From Cupriavidus necator (GTDB taxonomy: Bacteria; Pseudomonadota; Gammaproteobacteria; Burkholderiales; Burkholderiaceae), in contig NZ_CP066018.1 in assembly GCF_016127575.1 (NCBI RefSeq), positions 3,480,001 to 3,512,000 of the forward strand: 32,000 nt of DNA. Reading direction: 5' to 3'. A program made the translations under genes and the position numbers. The notes below the pieces were generated by a model. That model worked only from the letters and a program-made list of their open reading frames with translations. It had not been told where the DNA came from and ran no database searches. This document shows positions 1 to 8,464 of this stretch, in pieces; within the stretch, counting starts at the first letter, position 1; each line of letters opens with the position of its first letter.

Positions 1-2340
1 GCGCTGGCGGGTTTGCGCGGCCAGGTCACGGTCGTGCGCGACGGCCATGGCGTGCCGCATATCCGCGCCGCCAGCAAGGCGGACGCCTGGTTCGCGCTGG
101 GCTACGTCCATGCACAGGACCGGCTGTGGCAGATGCAGATGAACAAGCGCGTCGTGGCAGGCCGGCTTGCGGAGATCCTGGGACCGTCCGCGCTCGATAC
201 CGACAAGTTCCTGCGCACGCTGGGCGTGCGCCGCAATGCCGAGGCCATCCTGGCGCAGGCCTCGCCCGAGACCCGTGCCGCGCTGCAGGCCTATGCCGAC
301 GGCGTCAATGCCTGGATCGACCATCGCAAGGGCCCGCTGCCGCCTGAATTCCTGCTGTTGCGCGCGCAGCCCGAGCGCTGGGAGCCGGCCGATACGCTGG
401 GCTGGCAGACCATGATGGCCTGGGACCTGGGCGGCAACTGGACCCAGGAAACCCTGCGCATGCGGCTGGCGCAAGTGCTGCCGGTGGCCCGCATCAGCGA
501 GTTGCTGGCGCCGTATCCGGGCGAGCAGCCGGTGCGCACCATGGATTACGGCCATCTGTACCAGCAACTGGCACCGCTGGCGAATGCCATGGCCAGCGTC
601 GGCGACAAGGCGCCGCCGGGTTATGTCGAGGGCATGGGCTCGAACAACTGGGTGGTGTCGGGCGCGCATACGCAATCGGGCAAGCCGATGCTGGCCAATG
701 ACCCGCACCTGGGGCTGCAGGCGCCCGCGCTGTGGTATTTCGCCAGGATGACGGCGCCCGGCCTGGACGTGACCGGCGCCACGCTGCCCGGCATGCCGCT
801 GGTGGTGCTGGGGCACAACGACCGCATCGCCTGGGGGCTGACCAATACCGCGCCCGACGTGCAGGACCTGTATATCGAACGGCTGCGCCCCGGCAACGAC
901 ACCCAGTATCAGACCCCGGACGGCTGGGCCGCATTCGAGACCCGCACCGAGACCATCCGCGTCAAGGGCGCCCCGGACGTGGTGCTGAAGGTCCGCGCCA
1001 CGCGCCACGGCCCGGTGATTTCCGATGTGGCCGAGCCGCTTTCGGCTGCCGCAGGACCGCTGGGCGCACAGTATGTGGTGGCCTTCCAGTGGACCGCGCT
1101 GCGCCCGGACGACCGCACCTTCCAGGCGGGGCTGCGCATGAACGAGGCGCGCGACTGGGCCGGCTTCACGGCGGCGCTGCGCGACTTCCATTCGCCGCAG
1201 CAGAACATTGTCTATGCCGATGTCGACGGCAATATCGGCTTCTATGCACCCGGACGCGTGCCGCTGCGCCGGGCCGACAACGACCTCAAGGGGCTGGCGC
1301 CGGCGCCCGGCTGGGATGCGCGCTACGACTGGACCGGCTTTATTCCGTTCGAGGCACTGCCGCACCGCTACAACCCGGCCGACGGCGTGATCGTGACGGC
1401 CAACCAGCGCATCGTCGCACCGGACTACCCGTACTTCATCACCAGCGAATGGACCGTGCCGTATCGCTTTGACCGGATCAAGGCGCTGCTGGCGGCCACG
1501 CCCAGGCACAGCTTCGACAGCTTTGCGGCAATCCAGAAAGACGTGGTCTCGCTGGCCGTGCGCGATGCCTTGCCGCTGCTGCTGGCCGCGCCCGTCAGCC
1601 GCGATGCGGCGCGGCCCGAGCGCGAACGCGCCTTGCTGGAGGCGCTGCGCAAGTGGGACGGAAACATGGACCCGGGGCGCGCCGAGCCGCTGGTCGTCAC
1701 CGCCTGGCTGCGCGAGCTGTCGCGGCGGCTGTTCGAAGAGAAGGCGGGCGAGGCGATCTTTGTCCGCCTGTGGGACCAGCGTAACGTGCAGCAGCCCATG
1801 CTCAACATCCTGCGCGATCCGCGCACGCTGGGCGCGTTCTGGTGCGACCGGCAGCATACGCGCGCGGCAGAGACCTGCGACGACGCCATCGCGGACGCCT
1901 GGACCCGGGCCATGGCGGACCTGTCGCGCCGCTACGGCGACGACGCCGCCCGCTGGCGCTGGGGCGAGGCGCACACGGCCCGCTCCGAGCACAAGCCCTT
2001 CGGCAAGGTGGCGTACCTGTCGCCGCTGTTCAACCTGCGCGTGCCGACCGGCGGCGATACCTATACGGTCAATGTCGGCCGCCACAACCTGCGCGACGAC
2101 AAGGCGCCGTTCGAGAACACCCACGCGGCCAGCGTGCGTGCGCTATATGACCTGGCGGACCTGGAGGCGTCGCGGTTCATGGACTCCACCGGGCAGTCAG
2201 GCAACGCGCTGTTGCCGCGCTACCGCGACTGGGCCGGCAAATGGGCCGCGGTCGAGTACGTGACGATCCCGCCCGTGCCATCGCTGCCGCAGCAGGATGC
2301 GCCAGATGCGCTGATCCTGGTGCCGGCTGCGACCAAATAG
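1..2340 (+). CDS. Penicillin / acyl-homoserine-lactone acylase family Ntn-hydrolase (peptidase S45), 5' end outside window
   Basis: Frame 1 is open from nt 1. The track start at 13 is an internal TTG, and no signal peptide or N-terminus is present. The translation has family hallmarks: GYVHAQDRLWQM near the N-terminus and the autoprocessing/nucleophile site GMG|SNNWVVSG...ANDPHL. Size (more than 775 aa) fits the family. Confidence 0.85.
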   Translation, partial: ALAGLRGQVTVVRDGHGVPHIRAASKADAWFALGYVHAQDRLWQMQMNKRVVAGRLAEILGPSALDTDKFLRTLGVRRNAEAILAQASPETRAALQAYADGVNAWIDHRKGPLPPEFLLLRAQPERWEPADTLGWQTMMAWDLGGNWTQETLRMRLAQVLPVARISELLAPYPGEQPVRTMDYGHLYQQLAPLANAMASVGDKAPPGYVEGMGSNNWVVSGAHTQSGKPMLANDPHLGLQAPALWYFARMTAPGLDVTGATLPGMPLVVLGHNDRIAWGLTNTAPDVQDLYIERLRPGNDTQYQTPDGWAAFETRTETIRVKGAPDVVLKVRATRHGPVISDVAEPLSAAAGPLGAQYVVAFQWTALRPDDRTFQAGLRMNEARDWAGFTAALRDFHSPQQNIVYADVDGNIGFYAPGRVPLRRADNDLKGLAPAPGWDARYDWTGFIPFEALPHRYNPADGVIVTANQRIVAPDYPYFITSEWTVPYRFDRIKALLAATPRHSFDSFAAIQKDVVSLAVRDALPLLLAAPVSRDAARPERERALLEALRKWDGNMDPGRAEPLVVTAWLRELSRRLFEEKAGEAIFVRLWDQRNVQQPMLNILRDPRTLGAFWCDRQHTRAAETCDDAIADAWTRAMADLSRRYGDDAARWRWGEAHTARSEHKPFGKVAYLSPLFNLRVPTGGDTYTVNVGRHNLRDDKAPFENTHAASVRALYDLADLEASRFMDSTGQSGNALLPRYRDWAGKWAAVEYVTIPPVPSLPQQDAPDALILVPAATK

Positions 2341-2461
2341 CGCAGATTACGACATGCCGTGCTGAGAATGCTCGCAAATACGCGAGATCCAGCCATGGTC
2401 TTCGCGGGGCGCAGCAATTGACGCTACCATGGGAACCCCTTTCGACCGGCAGGAGTCCCCG

Positions 2462-3169
2462 ATGGCAACGCGTACCACCCATGTGATCCAGCACGTCGCA
2501 TTCGAGCATGCGGGCGTGATCGGCAATGCCTTGCGCGCGCGCGGGCACGCGTTGCAGGTGTTCCAGGCCGGCGTCGATGACCTGGCACCCATCGCGGACA
2601 ATCCGGCCGACCTGCTGCTGATCCTGGGCGGCCCCATCGGTGTCTATGAAACCGATGCCTATCCCTGGCTGGAGGCCGAGATCGCTCTGATCCGCCAACG
2701 CCTGGCGGCTGGCGGCAAGATGATCGGGGTTTGCCTGGGCGCGCAGCTGATCGCGCGTGCTGCCGGCGCGCGCGTCTACGCGGGCACGCGCGAGATCGGC
2801 TGGGCGCCGATTGCGCCTACGCCAGCGGGGCAGGATTCCGCGCTGGCAGAACTGGCTGCCGCCCACTGGGAGGTGCTGCACTGGCATGGCGATACCTTCG
2901 ACCTTCCGCCCGGCGCGCAACTGCTGGCGTCCACTGCCGCGGTACAGAACCAGGCCTATGCCATCGGCAACCAGGTGCTGGCGCTGCAATTCCACCCCGA
3001 GGTCATGCCGCGCGATATCGAGGCCTGGCTGATCGGCCATACCGTCGAGCTGGCCAAGGCCGGCATCGATCCGCGCACCATCCGCGCGCGTACTGCGGAA
3101 GTCGGTGCCACGGTGGCGGCCGCGGGCGAGCGCATGTTCGCGCGCTGGCTGGAGGAAGCCGGGCTATGA
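2462..3169 (+). CDS. Class I glutamine amidotransferase (GuaA-N-terminal-like GATase1 domain protein)
   Basis: AGGAG at 2451-2455 lies 6 nt before ATG 2462, so this start is preferred over the ORF-track start at 2429. Motifs: nucleophile elbow GVCLGAQLIA, HWHGDTF, and QFHPE (His/Glu of the triad). Confidence 0.8.
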   Translation: MATRTTHVIQHVAFEHAGVIGNALRARGHALQVFQAGVDDLAPIADNPADLLLILGGPIGVYETDAYPWLEAEIALIRQRLAAGGKMIGVCLGAQLIARAAGARVYAGTREIGWAPIAPTPAGQDSALAELAAAHWEVLHWHGDTFDLPPGAQLLASTAAVQNQAYAIGNQVLALQFHPEVMPRDIEAWLIGHTVELAKAGIDPRTIRARTAEVGATVAAAGERMFARWLEEAGL

Positions 3170-3885
3170 GCCAGCCGGCATTGCCCGTGCGCGCGGCGAT
3201 CGGCGCCGTATTGACGGGGCAGGTACGCCCGTTCGGGCCAAAGGGCGTGCCCAGCGGCATCGCCAAGACCGCGGCTGGCGAGCGGATTCGCGTGACCGCG
3301 CTTGGACTCGAAGGCGACGGGCAGGGCGATCCGCGCCATCACGGTGGTCCGGAAAAGGCGCTGCACCACTACGCCTTCGATCATTACCCGGCGTGGCGCG
3401 AGGAACTGGCTGCGCAGGGCGCGCAAGGCAACGGTGTGCTCGACGTTGCGGGGGCCTTCGGCGAGAACCTGAGCACCACCGGGCTGACCGAGGCCTCCGT
3501 CTGCATCGGCGACCGCTTCCGCCTGGGCACGGCGCTGGTGGAGGTGTCGCAGGCACGACAGCCGTGCTGGAAGCTCAATCATCGATTCGGCTATGCAGGC
3601 ATGTCGCGCGCCGTGCAGCAAAGCCTGCGCACTGGCTGGTACTACCGTGTACTGGAGACTGGCGACGTGGCGGCGGGCGATACGCTGGAACTGGTGGCGC
3701 GCCCCTGTCCGCGATGGTCGCTGCAGCGCCTGCTGCAGGTACTGTATGTCGACCGGCTGGACTATGCCGCGCTCGCGGAAATGTCAGAGCTGGCACCGCT
3801 GGCCGAGAACTGGCGCAAGCTTGCGCGGCAGCGCGTGGAGCGGCGCGAAATCGAAGATATGGAGCGGCGGCTGGCGGGCGGCTGA
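3166..3885 (+). CDS. MOSC domain-containing protein (YiiM-like)
   Basis: ATG 3166 overlaps the GATase stop (ATGA at 3166-3169), consistent with translational coupling. The ORF-track start at 2731 is an upstream out-of-gene extension overlapping the GATase. Sequence GDGQGDPRHHGGPEKALHHY...GENL...QPCWKL is typical of MOSC/YiiM proteins. Confidence 0.8.
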   Translation: MSQPALPVRAAIGAVLTGQVRPFGPKGVPSGIAKTAAGERIRVTALGLEGDGQGDPRHHGGPEKALHHYAFDHYPAWREELAAQGAQGNGVLDVAGAFGENLSTTGLTEASVCIGDRFRLGTALVEVSQARQPCWKLNHRFGYAGMSRAVQQSLRTGWYYRVLETGDVAAGDTLELVARPCPRWSLQRLLQVLYVDRLDYAALAEMSELAPLAENWRKLARQRVERREIEDMERRLAGG

Positions 3886-3896
3886 GCGCCGCCGCG

Positions 3897-4184
3897 TCAG
3901 CCCTGGCGGAACCGCTTCCCCGTGCCTTCGCGCGTAATGCGCTCCCAGACCACCTGCTTTTCCTCTTCGCTGAAGAACACCCAGTTGCTGACCTCGGCCG
4001 CGGTGCGGCCGCAGCCCTGGCAGATCTCGTCGAACAGCGTCGAGCAAATGCCGATGCAGGGGCTGTCCGGGCGCTCGGACAGCGTGGAATCCGTGGTGCC
4101 GTGATCCGGTTCGGGGCGGGGCGGGGCGGATTCTGAGGGCGACGGCATGGTGGCGGGAGGGATTGGGGTGAAACGGCCAGCCAT
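3897..4184 (-). CDS. DUF1289 domain protein (small Cys-rich putative Fe-S protein)
   Basis: C-terminal half has SPCIGICSTLFDEICQGCGRTAAEVSNW, which matches the DUF1289 CxxxC...CxxC pattern. The start is uncertain: ATG at 4184 or at 4148, and neither has a clear SD. Confidence 0.65.
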   Translation of the reverse strand: MAGRFTPIPPATMPSPSESAPPRPEPDHGTTDSTLSERPDSPCIGICSTLFDEICQGCGRTAAEVSNWVFFSEEEKQVVWERITREGTGKRFRQG

Positions 4185-4236
4185 TATATCGGGTACGAAT
4201 GACAGGCAGTCGGAATGCCGGGCTGGGCCGGCGAGG

Positions 4237-4297
4237 ATTACGTCTGACGTAATTGAGCCGTGTAGACCATGCGCTTACGCTGCAGGCACGACGTAAG
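4237..4297. promoter_or_regulatory. Two TTACG/CGTAA dyads in the divergent DUF1289 / thioesterase promoter region (candidate operator)
   Basis: Perfect 8-1-8 palindrome ATTACGTC-T-GACGTAAT at 4237-4253. A second inverted repeat, CTTACG-N12-CGTAAG, lies at 4274-4297. Both are built on TTACG...CGTAA half-sites. Confidence 0.35.
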
Positions 4298-4315
4298 CCG
4301 TTCACAGGAGCCCAA

Positions 4316-4786
4316 ATGTCACAAGCCCTTGCCACCTTGCCCCGCCAACACGATCGCCACGCTGCGGTCGACCCCCGCATGCGCATTATGGTAGACAACG
4401 TCCTGATCGGCTCCCCGGTGGCGCGCGCCCTCGGCGTGCGGCTGGCCAGCCTGGCTCCCGATCATGTCGAGCTGGAGATGCCATTCCTGCCGACCAACGT
4501 GACCCACGGCAGCATCGTCCATGGCGGTGTCATTGCCACGCTGATCGATATTGCCGGCGCCGCGGCGGCAGCTTCTGGCGGCAGTGCCGACGATGTGAAG
4601 GGCGGGGCGACCAGTTCGCTTTCTATCCAGTACCTGGCCCCGGCAAAGGGTACGGCGCTGCGCGCGGTGGCGATGGTGGTGCGGCGTGGGCGCCGGCAGG
4701 TGGTCACCGACGTGTCGGTCTATGCGGAAGCGCCGGACGAGGGCGTACTGGTGGCCAAGGCGTTGATGAGCAGTGCCATGTTCTGA
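4316..4786 (+). CDS. PaaI-family hotdog-fold acyl-CoA thioesterase
   Basis: AGGAG at 4306-4310 lies 5 nt before ATG 4316. The motif GSIVHGGVIATLIDIAGAAAA and a length of about 156 aa are typical of PaaI/YdiI thioesterases. Confidence 0.75.
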   Translation: MSQALATLPRQHDRHAAVDPRMRIMVDNVLIGSPVARALGVRLASLAPDHVELEMPFLPTNVTHGSIVHGGVIATLIDIAGAAAAASGGSADDVKGGATSSLSIQYLAPAKGTALRAVAMVVRRGRRQVVTDVSVYAEAPDEGVLVAKALMSSAMF

Positions 4787-4794
4787 ATCCGGAG

Positions 4795-4819
4795 CGGACG
4801 CATCGGGCGCCCGTTTTTT
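4795..4819 (+). terminator. Rho-independent terminator after the thioesterase gene
   Basis: CGGaCGC-ATCGG-GCGcCCG stem (6 GC pairs, one mismatch) followed directly by TTTTTT (4814-4819), 9 nt after the stop codon. Confidence 0.6.
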
Positions 4820-4869
4820 CAAATTTATAAAACGCAATTAACCGCCGTATTTTCACCTTCACACCCAGG

Positions 4870-4889
4870 CGCGCCAGTACACTGGCGCG
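4870..4889. promoter_or_regulatory. Near-perfect 20-bp palindrome upstream of the CDF gene (candidate operator)
   Basis: CGCGCCAGT-AC-ACTGGCGCG has 9-bp arms. It lies 43 nt upstream of ATG 4932 and downstream of an AT-rich stretch (4820-4850). Confidence 0.3.
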
Positions 4890-4931
4890 ACCTGCTTCCA
4901 CTGCAAAGGGGCAGCTTCGTGGAGGAAAGCG

Positions 4932-5418
4932 ATGCGGCGTGGGCCTGAAACTGCGCAGCAGGGCGGGGCGTCCCCGGCACCTGCCGCATCCGAGACGCTC
5001 CCGGCAAGCCCCGTATCTTCGGGGTCGCGTATCGCTGTCTACGGTGCGATTGCCGCCAACGTGGCGATCGCTGCCACCAAGTTTGTCGTCGCCGCCGTGA
5101 CCGGCAGCTCGGCCATGCTGTCCGAGGCCATCCATTCCACCGTCGACACCGGCAATGAGCTGTTGCTGCTGGTTGGCATGGCGCGCAGCCGCCGGCCGGC
5201 CGATGCCATGCACCCGTTCGGGTACGGCAAGGAGCTGTATTTCTGGAGCCTGATGGTCGCGGTGCTGCTTCTGACGCATCGCCACCGCTACCGTTGCCAA
5301 CGGCGCCGCGGGCGCCATCGACCGGATCGAGCGCCGCATCCGGGCGCGGTTTCCTCAGGTCAGCCGGATCTTTATCGAAGCCCGGCTGATGACCAAGGGC
5401 ACGCGTGCGGCGGCCTGA
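4932..5418 (+). pseudogene. Cation diffusion facilitator (CDF) transporter, internally deleted and frameshifted
   Basis: GGAGGA at 4921-4926 precedes ATG 4932. The N-terminal ~115 aa are a good CDF match ([31 protein letters not shown]...[20 protein letters not shown]). The frame then degenerates. A different frame (5275-5418, stop TGA 5416-5418) encodes a CDF C-terminal tail, [23 protein letters not shown]. Total span is about 160 codons, against 300 or more for intact CDFs. Confidence 0.6.
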
Positions 5419-5449
5419 ATGCCACCACCGCGCACCTGGTTGCGGCAGA

Positions 5450-5995
5450 TTACGCAGCCGCGCGCAGCTTGATCTTCGGAAAGTCGACCGGCACCGCGAA
5501 GGCAACGTTCACGTAGTTGGTGAACAGGTTCAGCGCCACATGCGCCAGGATCTCGACGATCTGTTCGTCGTTGAAGCCGGCCTCGCGCAATTGCGCCACA
5601 TCCGTATCGCTGACCTGGCCGCGCTGGTTGACCAGCTTGAGCGCGAACGACAGCGCTGCGGCGGTCCGTGCATCCTGCGCCCGGCCAGCCTGCGCCTCGG
5701 ACATTTCCTGGGCGGTGGCACCGGCCTTCTGGCCCAGCGCGGTGTGGGCGGCGAGACAGTATTCACACTGGTTTCGATCGGCCACGGCCACGGCGATCTT
5801 CTCGCCCAGGGCCGCATCCAGCACACCGCCGCCGAGCGCACCGAACGCGCGCCACATGCTGCGCAACGCAGCGGGCGAATTGGCGACAGCACGGAACATG
5901 TTCGGGGCGACGCCAAAGGCACCGTGGATCTCGGCCAGCAGGGCCTGGCTGTCGCCCGTGGCAGTGGCGGGATTGACGAGGGGAACGCGGGACAT
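5450..5995 (-). CDS. Carboxymuconolactone decarboxylase / AhpD-like alkylhydroperoxidase family protein
   Basis: On the minus strand an AGGAG (plus-strand 6002-6006) lies 6 nt upstream of ATG 5995. The CEYCLAAH (CxxC) motif and ~181 aa length are typical of the AhpD-like CMD family. The gene is divergent from an AraC regulator. Confidence 0.8.
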   Translation of the reverse strand: MSRVPLVNPATATGDSQALLAEIHGAFGVAPNMFRAVANSPAALRSMWRAFGALGGGVLDAALGEKIAVAVADRNQCEYCLAAHTALGQKAGATAQEMSEAQAGRAQDARTAAALSFALKLVNQRGQVSDTDVAQLREAGFNDEQIVEILAHVALNLFTNYVNVAFAVPVDFPKIKLRAAA

Positions 5996-6118
5996 GGTGG
6001 ACTCCTTGGTACAGGTTGAAAGGACAAGGCAGTTGCGATCGCCTTGACTGCAGTATGGGTAACCATCGAGTACCATTGGGTGCGTAAAGTCCTACGTACA
6101 TACCAATTCGTCCAGACC

Positions 6119-7084
6119 ATGCCTGAACCCATCGACCGGCTTTCCGCGCTGCTGGAGCGGTTTCGCGCGCGTGCGCACCTGTTCCACCAGGGACCGCTGT
6201 GCGGGCTGACCCAGTTCGCCGCGCAGCCGGGCCGCGGCTTCCTGCATGTCCTGCGCCGCGGCGAACTGGAGCTGCGGCACCCGCCGGGCTCGGGCCTGCC
6301 GGGCAGCCTGCGCTTTGACGAGCCCACGCTGCTGTTCTACCCGCGCCCGGTCCACCACATGTTCCACAACCCGCCGCAGGAAGGCTCGGATTTCACCTGT
6401 GCGGCGCTGGACTTCGACGGTGGTGCGCGCAACCCGGTAGTGCGCGCGCTGCCGCCGCTGATCGCCTTGCCGCTGGCGCACGTGGCCGGCCTGGAGCAGT
6501 CGCTGGCGCTGCTGTTTGCCGAGGCCGGCCAGGTGCGCTGCGGCCACCGCCTGCTGGCCGACCGGCTGTTCGAGGTGGTGCTGATCCAGCTGCTGCGCTG
6601 GCTGATCGACCACCACCAGGAGGCCGGCATCCAGGCGGGCCTGATTGCCGGCCTGTCCGACCCGCGCCTGGCACGCGCGCTGGTGGCGCTGCACGAGGCG
6701 CCGGGCGAGCCGTGGGACCTGCCGCGCATGGCGGCGCGCGCGGGCATGTCGCGCAGCGCCTTTGCCGCGACCTTCCGGCTTGTCGTGGGGCAGCCGCCGG
6801 CCGACTACCTGACCGACTGGCGCCTGACACTGGCCCAGGCGCAGTTGCGCCTGGGCCGACCGGTGAAATCCGTGGCGCTGGAGCTGGGCTATGCCAATGC
6901 GTCCGCGCTGTCGCGCGCGTTTACGGCACGGCTGGGCCAATCGCCAAGGCAATGGCTGGAACGGGAAGAAGAGGGAAAGGAAGGGGAGACGGCCGGGAAA
7001 TTGCTGCCGGCCGATGCAGCCGCCGGTTTGCTCCCCTCTCCCGCGCGCGGGAGAGGGGCTGGGGGAGAGGGCGGGAGCGTCTAG
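6119..7084 (+). CDS. AraC-family transcriptional regulator (cupin-type N-terminal domain) with a repeat-derived C-terminal extension
   Basis: Start assigned at ATG 6119 (MPEPIDRLSALLERF...). The C-terminal dual HTH reads MAARAGMSRSAFAATFRLVVGQPPADYLTDWRL...LELGYANASALSRAFTARLGQSPRQW. About 40 further codons run through a polypurine tract and a REP-like palindrome before TAG 7082-7084. Confidence 0.85.
   Translation: MPEPIDRLSALLERFRARAHLFHQGPLCGLTQFAAQPGRGFLHVLRRGELELRHPPGSGLPGSLRFDEPTLLFYPRPVHHMFHNPPQEGSDFTCAALDFDGGARNPVVRALPPLIALPLAHVAGLEQSLALLFAEAGQVRCGHRLLADRLFEVVLIQLLRWLIDHHQEAGIQAGLIAGLSDPRLARALVALHEAPGEPWDLPRMAARAGMSRSAFAATFRLVVGQPPADYLTDWRLTLAQAQLRLGRPVKSVALELGYANASALSRAFTARLGQSPRQWLEREEEGKEGETAGKLLPADAAAGLLPSPARGRGAGGEGGSV
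7031..7075. repeat. REP-like GC-rich palindromic element between convergent genes
   Basis: Perfect 26-nt palindrome CCCCTCTCCCGCGCGCGGGAGAGGGG at 7033-7058, followed by a partial third arm GGGGGAGAGGGC. It lies between the convergent AraC (+) and asparaginase (-) 3' ends. Translated, it gives the SPARGRGAGGEG-type peptide often seen where such repeats are read as ORF. Confidence 0.7.
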
Positions 7085-7112
7085 CGGCGATACCGCCTGC
7101 TCCACGAGCTCA

Positions 7113-8237
7113 TCAGTACTTCCAGAAGACCTGCTGCAGCGCCTTGGCGTCGTTGGTCTGCGTCAGCGCCAGCGCCATCAGGATGCGTGCCTTCTGCGGC
7201 AGCTGGTCGTCGGTGACGATCCAGTCGTACTTGTCATCCGGCTGCTCTGCGTTGCGCACCACCACGCCGCTGCCGGTGCGCGAGGCGCGCACGATCTGCA
7301 CGCCCTTGGCGCGCGCGGCCTTGAGCGACTCCACCATGTAGTCGCCGACGCTGCCGTTGCCGGTGGCCGCGTAGATGATGGCCTTGGCACCGCTCTTCAC
7401 CGCGGCGTCGACCGCGGCTGGATTGGCGTTGCCGTAGGCGTAGAGCACTGCCACCTCAGGCAGCTTGTCGATCTTGTCGATGTCCCACTGCGTCTGCAGC
7501 GTGTGCGGACGCGCCGGCAGGCGGTAGAACAGCGTGCGGCCTTCGACCACGTAGCCCAGCGGGCCGAACGGCGAGCGGAAGGTCTCGGTCTTGAAGGTGT
7601 TGCTCTTGGTGACGTCGCGGCCGGTGTGGATCTCGTCGTTCAGCACGGCCAGCGTGCCCTTGCCCTTGGAGGCAGGGTTGGAGGCGACCAGCACGGCGTC
7701 GTACAGGTTGAGCGCGCCATCTGCGCCCAGCGCGGTGCCCGGGCGCATCGAACCCACCACCACCACCGGCTTGTCGCTCTTGAGCGTCAGGTTCAGGAAG
7801 TAAGCGGTTTCCTCGATGGTGTCGGTGCCGTGCGTAATGACGATGCCGTCCACGTCCGGCTGCTTGAGCAGTTCCGATACGCGCTTGGCCAGCTTCAGCA
7901 GGCGTTCGTTGTTGAAGCTCTCCGAACCGATCTGGAAGATCTGCTCACCCTTGACGTTGGCGACCTTGGAGATTTCGGGCACCGAGGCGATGATCTTGTC
8001 GACCGGCACCACGGCGGACTGGTAGGCCGCGGTGTTGGTCACCGATGCGCCGGCGCCGGCAATGGTGCCGCCGGTGCCGATGATGACGATATTGGCCTTG
8101 CGGGCTTCGGCCTGGGCGGTGGCGGGTGCGGCGGCGGATTGTGCGGCGGGGGCGAGCTGCGCGTGGGCAGTGCCGGTGATCAGGCTCGCCGACAGCAGGG
8201 CAGCGGCCAGCGTGGTGACGCGGGCGAAGTGTTTCAT
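7113..8237 (-). CDS. ansB: Periplasmic type II L-asparaginase / glutaminase-asparaginase
   Basis: GAGGAG SD (plus-strand CTCCTC at 8243-8248) precedes ATG 8237. Signal peptide MKHFARVTTLAAALLSASLITGTAHA. Catalytic motifs IVIIGTGGTIAG and ITHGTDT. The C-terminus ...QQVFWKY is typical. Confidence 0.9.
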   Translation of the reverse strand: MKHFARVTTLAAALLSASLITGTAHAQLAPAAQSAAAPATAQAEARKANIVIIGTGGTIAGAGASVTNTAAYQSAVVPVDKIIASVPEISKVANVKGEQIFQIGSESFNNERLLKLAKRVSELLKQPDVDGIVITHGTDTIEETAYFLNLTLKSDKPVVVVGSMRPGTALGADGALNLYDAVLVASNPASKGKGTLAVLNDEIHTGRDVTKSNTFKTETFRSPFGPLGYVVEGRTLFYRLPARPHTLQTQWDIDKIDKLPEVAVLYAYGNANPAAVDAAVKSGAKAIIYAATGNGSVGDYMVESLKAARAKGVQIVRASRTGSGVVVRNAEQPDDKYDWIVTDDQLPQKARILMALALTQTNDAKALQQVFWKY

Positions 8238-8464
8238 GTTTCTCCTCGGTATCTATACGAACGTGTGGCCCGTACTGGAATCGGCACGACATACCTTATG
8301 GGTGGAATGGTGCCGTCCGTGTTCAGTCGGTGGCTGCCGGCAGCGGGGCCTGTGATGCAGGGCCCGTTCAGGCAGCGGCAGTGACTATACGTGAGGAGAA
8401 TTTGGCGCGGGAGGGGCGCTGCAAGGGTTATGCCGATTCGGCATGAAGTTGCCCGGGCGATAAC

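Noticed and set aside
2731-3165. Upstream extensions of track ORFs: 2731 for MOSC, 2429 for GATase, 4253 for thioesterase, 6044 for AraC, 11169 for prpF, 15153 for prpC, 16305 for prpR, 19915 for ABM, 22407 for LysR, 25981 for aldolase, 27436 for MscS, and 30254 for purT
   Set aside because: An internal ATG matches the family-typical N-terminus in each case. Several of these also have an SD-like sequence or a stop/start overlap with the preceding gene (2462, 3166, 4316, 15090). The extensions overlap neighbouring genes or are low-complexity.
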